Below, one piece after another: positions 10,371 through 19,514 of a stretch of DNA of 64,000 nucleotides. This DNA comes from an uncultured Corynebacterium sp. GTDB taxonomy: Bacteria > Actinomycetota > Actinomycetes > Mycobacteriales > Mycobacteriaceae. The stretch is from assembly GCF_946222985.1 (NCBI RefSeq), contig NZ_CAMIFY010000002.1:21938-85937 (forward strand), given 5' to 3'. Below the pieces are notes generated by a model, which did not search any database, was not told the origin of the DNA, and saw only the letters and a list, made by a program, of their open reading frames with translations. Both the position numbers and the translations under genes were made by a program. Each line of letters opens with the position of its first letter. Positions within the stretch are counted from its first letter, which is position 1.

Positions 10371-10441
10371 GGTCAATGTGCGCGCGTCGATGCGCGGGAA
10401 ATTTGACCTTGCCATTGGTGTGGAGGTTGGACGATGGGGGC

Positions 10442-11767
10442 ATGACGGAACGCAAAATCATTCTCGGCATGGCATTGACCGACGGATACGGATCGTTGCC
10501 CGGATCGTGGCGAGCCCCGAACGTCGACCCCGGCAACTACTCGAAGGTCGAAGCCAACGTCCGCTACGCCCAAGCGGCCGAGCGCGGCGGCTTTTCCTTC
10601 GTCTTCACTCCCGACTTCCCGGCGGTGCGGGGCAACGTCGAACACTCCAACTTCAACAACATCATGGATCCGCTGATGGAGGCGGCCGTGATCTCGCAGC
10701 AGACCGACAACATCGGCTTCGTGCTCACCGGGTCGACGACGTTCCAGGAGCCGTTCAACACCGCCCGGCAGTTCAAGACGCTCGACATCATGAGCCGCGG
10801 TCGCGCCGGGTGGAATGCGGTGACGACGTCCGATCAACTGGTCGCGGCGAACTACGGCAAGTCCGTCGCGGATCGCCCGGAGCGATACCAGCGAGCCCAC
10901 GAGTCGATTCAGATCGTGCAGTCGCTGTGGGGGAGCTGGGAAAAGGACGCATGGATCAAGGACCAGGAGTCCGGGCGCTTTGTCGATCCGCGCAAGTTGC
11001 GGTCCGTCAATCTCGGCGGCGAATACGTCGCCTCGCGCGGGCCCCTCGCGCTGCCGCCGTCGGAGCAGGGGCAGCCCGTCATCTTCACGTCCGGGGGACC
11101 GAGCCCGCACTTGCTCGAAATCGCCGGGCGCTACGCGAGCGGCTTCATCACGGAGGTGTGGACGATCGACGAAGCCCGCGCCTCGCGCACGGCATTGCGG
11201 AAGGCGGCGGAAGACGCCGGCCGCGATCCCGACGACGTGAAGTTCATCGTCGGCATCATGACCACGGTCACGCCGACGGTGCGGGAAGGGTTGGACCGTC
11301 GCATGGCGCTGTCGGGCGACGTCATCGAGGCCCGCCTGCCGCACCTGTCCGCGATGATCGGGGTGTCGATCTCCCCGCGGGACATCGATGTGCCGTTGAC
11401 AGCCGAGCAGCTCGCGGCCGCGCATCCGTCGCCGCAGGATCCCCGGTCCGAGATCGCGATCAAGGTGGCGCGCGAAGGGTGGTCGCCGCGCGACATCCTC
11501 GCGCACGGCGTGATCGACTACCACCCGGTGACGGTCGGCCCGGGGTCCGTGCACGCCGATCACATGCAGACCTGGTTCGAGGCCGGGGCCGCCGACGGGT
11601 TCTGGATGTCGCCGGACGTCTACGAAGACGGCGTCGATGCGTTCGTGGACGAGGTCGTGCCCATCCTGCGGGAGCGTGGCCTGTACCCGAAGGACTACGT
11701 GGGTTCCACGTTGCGCGAAAACCTCGGCGTTCCCGATCAGTACGGGCTGGGCGACTGGCTCAGCTGA
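10442..11767 (+). CDS. LLM-class flavin-dependent oxidoreductase (NtaA/SnaA/DszA-type monooxygenase)
   Basis: Luciferase-like TIM barrel, ~441 aa, typical NtaA/DszA family blocks; ATG 10442. Confidence 0.75.
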   Translation: MTERKIILGMALTDGYGSLPGSWRAPNVDPGNYSKVEANVRYAQAAERGGFSFVFTPDFPAVRGNVEHSNFNNIMDPLMEAAVISQQTDNIGFVLTGSTTFQEPFNTARQFKTLDIMSRGRAGWNAVTTSDQLVAANYGKSVADRPERYQRAHESIQIVQSLWGSWEKDAWIKDQESGRFVDPRKLRSVNLGGEYVASRGPLALPPSEQGQPVIFTSGGPSPHLLEIAGRYASGFITEVWTIDEARASRTALRKAAEDAGRDPDDVKFIVGIMTTVTPTVREGLDRRMALSGDVIEARLPHLSAMIGVSISPRDIDVPLTAEQLAAAHPSPQDPRSEIAIKVAREGWSPRDILAHGVIDYHPVTVGPGSVHADHMQTWFEAGAADGFWMSPDVYEDGVDAFVDEVVPILRERGLYPKDYVGSTLRENLGVPDQYGLGDWLS

Positions 11768-11920
11768 TCTGCCGGGCCGGGCCGCCACACGGCGCTGCCC
11801 CGGTGACGACGTCGAACGCCGGCCGCCGATTCTCGCGAAGCGCGCGGCGGTCGGTGCTCGGGTATGGTCCGCTGATGAGTTTCAGGCTAAGACTGCAGTC
11901 CAGCTAAGGGGAAGTCACCT

Positions 11921-12361
11921 ATGAGTTTCAACGTCTACCTGTCCGGCGAGATCCACACCGATTGGCGCGAGGAGATCCAGCGCGGCGCCGAGGCAGCCGG
12001 CCTCGACGTCGAGTTCAGCGCACCGGTGACCGATCACCCGGCCAGCGACGCCGCGGGCGACCACCTGGGCGAGACGCCGAGCGGTTTCTGGCGCGATCAC
12101 CAGTCGTCGAAGGTCAATTCCATCCGCACCCGCACGCTGATCGAGAAGGCCGACATGGTCGTCGTGCGTTTCGGCGACCAGTACAAGCAGTGGAACGCGG
12201 CCTTCGACGCGGGCTACTGCGCGGCGCTGAACACGCCGTACGTGACGCTGCACGATGAGTCCATCGTCCATCCGCTCAAGGAGGTCGACGCCGCGGCCCA
12301 GGCGTGGTGCACGACCACCGACCAGGTCGTGGAAATCCTTCGCTACGTCCTCAAGGCGTAG
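11921..12361 (+). CDS. YtoQ family protein
   Basis: 146 aa; MSFNVYLSGEIHTDWREE ... DAGYCAALNTPYVTLHDE matches YtoQ (nucleoside 2-deoxyribosyltransferase-like); good RBS AAGGGGAAG. Confidence 0.7.
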   Translation: MSFNVYLSGEIHTDWREEIQRGAEAAGLDVEFSAPVTDHPASDAAGDHLGETPSGFWRDHQSSKVNSIRTRTLIEKADMVVVRFGDQYKQWNAAFDAGYCAALNTPYVTLHDESIVHPLKEVDAAAQAWCTTTDQVVEILRYVLKA

Positions 12362-12397
12362 CGGGCGCGTTCTAGTGCTCGACCGCGTTCGAGTGCT

Positions 12398-13843
12398 TTA
12401 CGACGATCGTGGCGCGGCCGTGTCGATCCCCTCACCGTGGTCGGTCGGGGTCGCTTCGCGACGCGGGTGCATGGCCGACATCGCGGCGGCCGCCAGCATC
12501 GCGGCAGGTATGGCCGCTGCCGCCACGACGACGCCCGGTTCCCACAGCCAGAAGTAGCGCATCGGCACGCCCATCAGCATCGGCGCGGCGATGAGTACGA
12601 CGGCCACCACGACGACGGCGCCGACGATCCACGCGAGCGGTCGGATGGACCGCCGTTCGATCCATCCCGCGACGAGCACCAGCAGCGCGAGCCCGAACAG
12701 GGCGGACGGGACGATGATCGCCGGTCCGCCCAAGCTCCCGATACCGCCCGAGCCGCCCGCACCCTCCGACGAGCCGCCGTCGGCGGCCCGACCCGTGGCT
12801 TCGTCGAAGGCCAACGAGGTCAGCTCCACGAGTTCCTCTTCCCGCAGGTACCCGGACGCGTTGAGCAGAACCGCCGCCCCGTCGCCCGACTCCGGGTCGA
12901 GGTAGACGGCCGAGAAGTATCCCGGCACGGTGCCCGTGTGCCACACCGTGGGCGGTTCGTCGTCGTTCAGCGAGATGCGCCAGCCCGGGCCGTAGAGCTG
13001 GCCGGGGGTCGACGTCGGTTGCGCCTCCGAGAGCCCGTCGATGATGCCGTTCGCCGCATCCATCTGCGACGCCGCGAAAGTGGCGAGATCGTCGATGGTG
13101 CCGCAGACGTATCCGTAGGCCGCGCCGGCGCCGTCGTACCCGGTGTCCATCGGCCAGGCGAAGGGCCCGGCGAACCGGTGTCCGCGGGACACGTCGGCGC
13201 ACGCTTCGGCTGATGCTCCGACGTTCTCGGTGCCCGGCGTCGCCCGGACGGCGTCCTGGTACGAACCACCGGTGGCCGACTCGACGACCGCCTGCAGGAC
13301 CATGTACCCGAGGCTCGAGTACTGGTGGACACCGGTTTCCCCGCTTGCCCCGTCACCGGCCGCGTCGGCGCCGTCGTCGAGGTTCGCCTCGACGATGACG
13401 TCGGTGGCCGTGGCGTCTGGGCGGTCGACGTCGAGAAGCTGCGCTCCGAATTCCAATCCCGACGTGTGGTCGAGCAGGGTGCGCACCGGCACGTCCGGGG
13501 CGCCGTCGACGTATTCGCGGGCCGAGGCGTCGAGGTCGAGTGCGCCGTCGTCCGAGAGTCGCTTGACGACGGCCGCGGCCACCGGTTTGGACACCGATCC
13601 CCATAGGAAGGACGTGGTGGCGACCACGGGATTTCCGTCACCGTCCTGGCCGTATGCGTCGGTGCGCGTGACGACTCCATCGTCGATGTGGGCGACGGCG
13701 CCACCGGGGACTCCGAGCTCGGCCGCCGCGTCGGCGAAGTCCGAACCCGTCGCGGCGCGGGCGAGGTGCGGGGGAGCGAGGGCGAGCACGAGCAACATGA
13801 CCAGCAATGCGGCGGATGGTTTCGGTGGCGAGCGCATCTCCAT
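12398..13843 (-). CDS. serine hydrolase (beta-lactamase/PBP-like) with signal peptide and C-terminal TM anchor
   Basis: SxxK motif FLWGSVSKPVAA, signal peptide, three C-terminal hydrophobic helices. Confidence 0.7.
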   Translation of the reverse strand: MEMRSPPKPSAALLVMLLVLALAPPHLARAATGSDFADAAAELGVPGGAVAHIDDGVVTRTDAYGQDGDGNPVVATTSFLWGSVSKPVAAAVVKRLSDDGALDLDASAREYVDGAPDVPVRTLLDHTSGLEFGAQLLDVDRPDATATDVIVEANLDDGADAAGDGASGETGVHQYSSLGYMVLQAVVESATGGSYQDAVRATPGTENVGASAEACADVSRGHRFAGPFAWPMDTGYDGAGAAYGYVCGTIDDLATFAASQMDAANGIIDGLSEAQPTSTPGQLYGPGWRISLNDDEPPTVWHTGTVPGYFSAVYLDPESGDGAAVLLNASGYLREEELVELTSLAFDEATGRAADGGSSEGAGGSGGIGSLGGPAIIVPSALFGLALLVLVAGWIERRSIRPLAWIVGAVVVVAVVLIAAPMLMGVPMRYFWLWEPGVVVAAAAIPAAMLAAAAMSAMHPRREATPTDHGEGIDTAAPRSS

Positions 13844-14016
13844 GGTGTGGTTTCTACGGCATGGAGCGGGGGACCACCAGTGCTCGGCGAAGATCGCGGC
13901 GGGCTACTCCGTCAGCTCGAACGTGACCACGTCGGCCAGCCCGCATGCGGGCGCGGTGCGGTTACCCCTCGGCCGTATCCCCGATCGCCGGGGTCTGCTT
14001 CGAAAGGAACGGCACG

Positions 14017-14778
14017 ATGACCGAATTCGGCACACCCACCTGGCTCGACCTCGGCACCACCGATCTGGAGTCTGCGAAGTCGTTCTACCGGGACCTGTTC
14101 GGGTGGAACTTCACCTCCACCGGTGAGGATTTCGGCGGATACCTCATGGTCGACGTCGGGGTTCCCGTCGGCGGTGCGGCGCTGAACATGAACGAGAAGG
14201 GCGAGCTCGACCCGGCGATGCCCGCTTGGTTCACCACGTATTTCAAGGTGGACGACGTCGAAGCGTCATCCGCCGCGGTCACCGAGCATGGTGGCACCGT
14301 TTTCGTGCCGGCGATGCAGGTCGGCGAACTCGGCAGCATGGCGATCGTCGCGGCACCGTCCGGTGCGGCTTTCGGGCTGTGGCAGGCGGAGTCCTTCGAG
14401 GGGTTCGACACGTCCGGGCGACCGGGCACCGCGGCGTGGTTCGAGTCCTTGACCACCGATTTCGACGCCGACGCTGCGTTCTACCGCGACGTCTTCGGCT
14501 GGGACAACGTCCCGGAGGAACGGGCCGGCGCGCGCTACGTCACCAATGCGGCGGGCGACGCGGCCCGCGCCGGGCTCATGGACGGCCACGGCGTGCTTCC
14601 CGACGGCGTCCCCTCCCACTGGCAGGTGACCTTCGCCGTCGATGACGTCGACGCCTCCGTGGACACCGTGAAGGAGCTCGGCGGCGCCGTCCATCAACCT
14701 CCGATGGATTCGGCGCACGGCAGGTACGCCGTGGTCGCCGACCCGCAGGGCGCTCCCTTCGGAATCGTCGCGACGTAG
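14017..14778 (+). CDS. VOC family protein (tandem glyoxalase/bleomycin-resistance fold)
   Basis: Two repeated VOC modules (FYRDLFGW..., FYRDVFGW...); ATG 14017 with AAAGGAA RBS. Confidence 0.75.
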   Translation: MTEFGTPTWLDLGTTDLESAKSFYRDLFGWNFTSTGEDFGGYLMVDVGVPVGGAALNMNEKGELDPAMPAWFTTYFKVDDVEASSAAVTEHGGTVFVPAMQVGELGSMAIVAAPSGAAFGLWQAESFEGFDTSGRPGTAAWFESLTTDFDADAAFYRDVFGWDNVPEERAGARYVTNAAGDAARAGLMDGHGVLPDGVPSHWQVTFAVDDVDASVDTVKELGGAVHQPPMDSAHGRYAVVADPQGAPFGIVAT

Positions 14779-14811
14779 ACGACGAGACGTCCGGCGGCTT
14801 TCGACGGCGGG

Positions 14812-15522
14812 CTACTCCGTCAGCTCGAACGTGACCACGTCGGCCATGGCGTCGCGGGGCAGCCCCGGGTAGTGCGTGGCCAGGGCCCGGTGAAGTTCCT
14901 CCAGGGATGAGAATCCGTCACGGAGGGCCTGCTCCTCGGAGAGATCGCTGCACTTGCACGGCGACACCTCGGTGACGTGCGCTCCGATGACGACGACGTC
15001 GCCGTCGGCCTTCTCGAACACCAACTGCGCCGGCCCGGGCCGGAAAGGGTCGTCGATCCGGATGGTCTGACGCTTCGACCCATCGCGGATGAGGGGCTCG
15101 TATCCCTCCCACATGTAGATCTTCTGGGGCTGCCCGGCCGTGCGCGGGTCATGGGCGTGGGGCAGCAGCTCCGCGGCCGTGACGGCTTCGAGGCCGGCGC
15201 TGGTCCGTACGACGCACCGGATCCCCGGATCGAGGTCGAACAGTGCTTGCCGGGTCGCGCCGTCGGGCGCGATGACTTCTCCGGTCGTTCCATCGACGGT
15301 AACGGCCGCCACGACCTCGTCGTCGGGGCCCGAGGCATGATCGCGCAGAACCGACGTCTCGCTGTGTTGACCTCCCGCGGCGCCGGTGGATTCCGGACCG
15401 AGGATCGTGCGACCCGAACTGGTCAACAGCGCGGTCGCCACCGTTCCGCCCGCGTCGCCGCTGCGCCGGCGAGCATGAGTTTCGGCCGCCGAGACGAGGT
15501 CCCGGAGCGTTGGAGTGAGCAT
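14812..15522 (-). CDS. fusion of degenerate cytidine-deaminase-like domain and ASCH (PUA-like) domain
   Basis: N-terminal CDA fold with HSE in place of C/HAE and PDGATRQ in place of PCGxCRQ (both Zn-ligand Cys lost); C-terminal ASCH block IYMWEGYEPLIRDGSKRQTIR. Confidence 0.55.
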   Translation of the reverse strand: MLTPTLRDLVSAAETHARRRSGDAGGTVATALLTSSGRTILGPESTGAAGGQHSETSVLRDHASGPDDEVVAAVTVDGTTGEVIAPDGATRQALFDLDPGIRCVVRTSAGLEAVTAAELLPHAHDPRTAGQPQKIYMWEGYEPLIRDGSKRQTIRIDDPFRPGPAQLVFEKADGDVVVIGAHVTEVSPCKCSDLSEEQALRDGFSSLEELHRALATHYPGLPRDAMADVVTFELTE

Positions 15523-15612
15523 GAACCGAACGTAGCAAAGCCGGTGGCCGCCGATCGCCCGGCTTCTCACCGGTCCGGGGCCGCTCGCGACACCCCCGCT
15601 ATTCTCGGCTCA

Positions 15613-16683
15613 GTGAACACCCTGCGCATCGAACGCCACGACCGGCTCGGCACGCCGACCGATCCCGCTCCGGCCGCCATCGACGCCGCCCGCGTGTGGG
15701 AGCTGGCCGACGAGGCCGTCCTCGGCCACCCCGACTTCGCGTACCTCGCCGGAGAATTGGCGGCGTACGCCACGGAGGATGCGGCCGATTCGTCGGTGTT
15801 CCTCATGGCGTACGACGGTGGCCGTTGCATCGGCTTCCTTCGATCCGATGCGCCGCGCCACGACAACGTCCATCACATCCACGTCGAATTCCGCGTCCTG
15901 CCCGGCGTCGACCCCGCCGCGGTCCTCGACGCGGCCTGGCCACGTTTCCTCGACTACTGCCGCGAGGAAAACCGCACGTCGATCACGTTCTGGGAGCAAT
16001 CCCGGCAGGACCGGCCGACCATCGCGGCGGCCTCCGGTGATGGAGCGGTGGAGTCGACGCCCGTGACGGACTGGCTGGCGGACAGGGGATTCGTCCTCGA
16101 CCAAGTCGAGATCGCCGGCACCCTCGACGTGGCGGTCGCCGCCACTGAGGTGGAGCAGGCGGGGGAGGCCGGGGGCGTCGTCAAGCAGGGGCGGTACCTA
16201 CTGCGGACCTGGGCCGGCCCCACCCCGCCGGAGTTGATCGACGGCATGGCGCGACTGCGTGCGCGGATGATGATCGAGGCGCCGCACGGCAACCGGCCAG
16301 TCGAAGAGGAGAAGTGGGACGACGACCGCATCCGCCGCGAAGAAGTCGAGACGGTCGCCGCGGGGCGGATCGGCCTGTGGGCGGTCGCGGTCGACGGTGC
16401 CGGCGAACCCGTCGCGTACACCTACCTCGAGTGTCCGGGCGGACGTCCAGAGGTCGCCTTCCAGATGGACACGTTCGTGCGCCGCGCCGACCGCGGGCAC
16501 GGCCTCGGAATGGCCGTGAAAGCCGCCAACCTGCGGCAACTGCGTGCATCGCGGCCGGACGTGGCGCGGCTGCACACGTGGAACGCGAGGGAGAACCAGT
16601 GGATGCTCGCCATCAACCGGGCGCTCGGCTTCGCGCCGACGTCGGCGCTGGGCGCGTGGGAGGCGACTGCCGCGGTCACGTGA
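15613..16683 (+). CDS. GNAT family N-acetyltransferase, tandem two-domain
   Basis: Two GNAT cores, second with RRADRGHGLGMAVKAANL acetyl-CoA motif; GTG start. Confidence 0.7.
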   Translation: MNTLRIERHDRLGTPTDPAPAAIDAARVWELADEAVLGHPDFAYLAGELAAYATEDAADSSVFLMAYDGGRCIGFLRSDAPRHDNVHHIHVEFRVLPGVDPAAVLDAAWPRFLDYCREENRTSITFWEQSRQDRPTIAAASGDGAVESTPVTDWLADRGFVLDQVEIAGTLDVAVAATEVEQAGEAGGVVKQGRYLLRTWAGPTPPELIDGMARLRARMMIEAPHGNRPVEEEKWDDDRIRREEVETVAAGRIGLWAVAVDGAGEPVAYTYLECPGGRPEVAFQMDTFVRRADRGHGLGMAVKAANLRQLRASRPDVARLHTWNARENQWMLAINRALGFAPTSALGAWEATAAVT

Positions 16684-17518
16684 CCCGGCCGGTCGCGGTG
16701 ACGTCGTCGAGCAGCATCCCCGGCCACCGATCGACGTCGGCCCGCGTCGACGCGACGTGCAGCACCGAGCGCGGCAGCAACTTCACCAGGGCCTGCGCGG
16801 TCGTCAGCGGGTGGGCCGGATCCTCCGTCCACGCCAGGATCGTGGTGGGCACGTCGATGGCGGTCAGCGCCCGCTGCGCCGGCAAATCGCTCATCGACGC
16901 GCCGCGGAACACCCACGGCAGCAGCTCGTCGGCGATGTCCGGCCTGGTCACCGGCGCCCCGGCGATGGCGGGCGGGTCGACGTGATCGCGCTCGACGTCG
17001 AGCAGCGCCTGCGGGCCATGCTTTGCGACGAGGTCCGCCGTCCGCCGATATTCCGCCGCCTTGGCCACCCGCGAGCCCCACGCCGTCGGCGGGGCCATCA
17101 ACGTGAAACCGCTGAACCGCTCGGGATCGAGGAGGGCGGCGTGGAGCATCGTCGCGCAACCCATCGACGGGCCCACGCCATGGACGCGCTCGCCGGGGAA
17201 GCGGTCGTCGAGAAGCAGCAGGAGATCCTCGGCGAGATTGGGCCAGCGGTAATCCTCGGCGACGGGGCGGCCGGTGGACTCGCCGTGGCCGCGCGCGTCG
17301 TAACGCAGGAGCCTCGTGCCGTGCAGACCTCGACCCAAGTCGAGGTTGAGCAGGCGATCGCGCGCCCGGCTCGACGTCAGACCGTGGAGCTGGACCACCG
17401 GATGGCCGCCCTCGTCGCTGAACTCGGTGGCCAGCTCCGCGCCGGGCACGGCGAACCGGGACATGGCGGGGGCGGCGTGCGTCGAATTCGTGCTGTCGTT
17501 GCTGCCCGTCACGTTCAT
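16676..17518 (-). CDS. alpha/beta hydrolase
   Basis: HGLTSS (HG motif), GPSMGC nucleophile elbow; ATG 17518 with GGAGAACGAGGA RBS (alternative ATG 17557). Confidence 0.75.
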   Translation of the reverse strand: MNVTGSNDSTNSTHAAPAMSRFAVPGAELATEFSDEGGHPVVQLHGLTSSRARDRLLNLDLGRGLHGTRLLRYDARGHGESTGRPVAEDYRWPNLAEDLLLLLDDRFPGERVHGVGPSMGCATMLHAALLDPERFSGFTLMAPPTAWGSRVAKAAEYRRTADLVAKHGPQALLDVERDHVDPPAIAGAPVTRPDIADELLPWVFRGASMSDLPAQRALTAIDVPTTILAWTEDPAHPLTTAQALVKLLPRSVLHVASTRADVDRWPGMLLDDVTATGRVT

Positions 17519-17557
17519 TCCTCGTTCTCCGCCGATCGTCGCGCGTTTCCGTCGCAT

Positions 17558-17705
17558 TTCCGGCGCGTATCCATTAAATGTCGAATCCGCATTTCATGCC
17601 GCGCATCGACAATTGCGCCGTAGTGTCGAATGCGTGAGATTAACCAATGTAGCGCACCTGGGCCTGCCCTTCGGCAAACTCGTCGGATACGACGTTTCCG
17701 TGTCC
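17558..17705. promoter_or_regulatory. relatively AT-rich divergent promoter region with short direct repeats
   Basis: gtcgaatccgca / gtcgaatgcg direct repeats, ttaaat, lower GC than flanks; separates hydrolase (-) and C-GNAT gene (+). Confidence 0.35.
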
Positions 17706-19442
17706 ATGACCGGGCGCCGATTGCCGATCTCGTTCGACCAGCGCCGCCACGTCTCCCGCGGCGACCGGCCGGGGTCCTGGATGGCCATCGCGTTCACGCT
17801 GCCGACGGTGGTCGACTGCGACCGGCTCGAGGCGGCGTGGCTGGCCGTCATCGAACGTCACGGGGCCCTGAGGTCGGCGTTCGTGCGCGATGAGGGGGAG
17901 GGCGGCGGCGACGGCGACGGCGACGGCGATTTCCACCTCGAGGACATCGACGTCGCCGCCGGCGAATGGGTCGAGCATCTCGTCGAACCGGGCCAGGCGA
18001 TGAACGATGCGCTCAAGCGCGTCCTCGATGAGCGGTGCACCCCGTTTTCGGCGCCGTCGCACAGATTATGCGCCATTGAAACGGTGTCGGATACGACGGT
18101 GATCATCGGCATCGACCATTCGCACACCGACATGTGGTCGATGTTGGTGATATTGCGCGATTTGCTCGCGGCGATGGGCGAATCCGCCGGCGACGGGGTG
18201 CCGCAATTGGCGGAGGTGCCCGCATTCGCCGAACACACCGGTGCGATGCGGCGGCGCCGCCCCTCGCCGGAGGAGATCCATCGCCGGTGGGCGGAGGTGC
18301 TCGCGGCCAGCGGCGGGGTCATGCCGCGGTTCCCGTTGCCGCTCGGCGAGCCGGGCCCGCACGTCGAGCGCGTCGAGGTCCGCGACGTCCTCGACGTCGA
18401 CGACGCGGCGGCGTTTTCCGCGCAGGCCCGCGAGGACGGGGTGTCGTCGTTGTCGACGGTGGTCGCGGCGATGACGGCGGTGACCATGGATTTCGCCGGC
18501 GCGCCGTTGCGTGCGGTGTTCCCGGTCCACAGTCGCCACGAGCGCACGTGGCATGACTCGGTGGGGTGGTTCATCACCAACTCCGTCCTGGAATCGGCGG
18601 ACCCGGATCCGAAGGCCTGCGCCGCGGCGGTGAAGGAGGCGGTGCGCCTGGGGTCGTGGCCGTTGGAGGACGTCATGGAGCCGTGGGGAGGCATGCCGGA
18701 ATCGCCGGGGATGTTCGCCATTTCGTGGCTCGACCTGCGGCGGTTGCCGGTGCGCGTCGATTCGATCGGTCTGCGGGCCCAGTACGTCGGCGCCAGCGTG
18801 CGCCCCGACGGCGTGATGCTGTGGTTCATCCTCGACGACACCGGTCTTCATTTGCGGTGCCGTTATCCGGACACGGTCGCGGCCCGCCGCAACGTCGGCG
18901 GTTGGCTCGATGCGCTGGTCCGCGACATCCGCGGTCGCGCCCGCGAGTCGGTCGGTGGTTTGCTGCGGCGCGGCGACCGCACGTTCCGGGTGCAGCGGGC
19001 GGTGCGGTCGGATGTCGCGGACATCGTCACTTTGCTTTCCGACGGCGAGCTCGGCACCACGAGAGAGCGCCTCGCCCGTGAAAGCGGTGACCAGGCGGCG
19101 TACGAAACCGCCTTCGACGCCGTGAACCGTGATCCGAGCCAGTATCTGGCGGTGGTCAAGGACGAAGTCGGCGTGACGGTCGGCACGATGCAGTTGTCGA
19201 TCCTGCCCGGGTTGTCGCGCAGCGGGGCGACGCGGCTGCAGGTCGAGGGCGTGCGCGTCGCCCCGGAGGTCAGCGGCCTGGGGTTGGGCACGGCGATGCT
19301 GGAATGGGCGCACGAGCACGGGCGCGCCCGAGGTGCGACGCTGGCGCAGCTGACCACGGACCGCGCCCGGCCCCGCGCCCACGCGTTCTACGAACGACTC
19401 GGTTACGGCGCCAGCCACACGGGGTTCAAGCGGACGCTGTGA
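17706..19442 (+). CDS. condensation (C)-domain-like acyltransferase fused to C-terminal GNAT acetyltransferase
   Basis: HHxxxDG-type motif DHSHTDMWS within ~430-aa C-domain-like region; C-terminal GNAT motif VAPEVSGLGLGTAMLEWAHEHG; ATG 17706 (track ORF extends upstream over hydrolase gene). Confidence 0.6.
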   Translation: MTGRRLPISFDQRRHVSRGDRPGSWMAIAFTLPTVVDCDRLEAAWLAVIERHGALRSAFVRDEGEGGGDGDGDGDFHLEDIDVAAGEWVEHLVEPGQAMNDALKRVLDERCTPFSAPSHRLCAIETVSDTTVIIGIDHSHTDMWSMLVILRDLLAAMGESAGDGVPQLAEVPAFAEHTGAMRRRRPSPEEIHRRWAEVLAASGGVMPRFPLPLGEPGPHVERVEVRDVLDVDDAAAFSAQAREDGVSSLSTVVAAMTAVTMDFAGAPLRAVFPVHSRHERTWHDSVGWFITNSVLESADPDPKACAAAVKEAVRLGSWPLEDVMEPWGGMPESPGMFAISWLDLRRLPVRVDSIGLRAQYVGASVRPDGVMLWFILDDTGLHLRCRYPDTVAARRNVGGWLDALVRDIRGRARESVGGLLRRGDRTFRVQRAVRSDVADIVTLLSDGELGTTRERLARESGDQAAYETAFDAVNRDPSQYLAVVKDEVGVTVGTMQLSILPGLSRSGATRLQVEGVRVAPEVSGLGLGTAMLEWAHEHGRARGATLAQLTTDRARPRAHAFYERLGYGASHTGFKRTL

Positions 19443-19514
19443 GGGAAGCACCCGCGGACGGTCACCGGGGGTAATGCCCGGGAATGGGCTGGTGATCTCG
19501 GTAAATTGGGCCTC

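Noticed and set aside
17316-17705. N-terminal 130 codons of track ORF 17316..19442
   Set aside because: They overlap the alpha/beta hydrolase gene on the opposite strand and run through the AT-rich promoter region. The condensation-like domain begins after the ATG at 17706.
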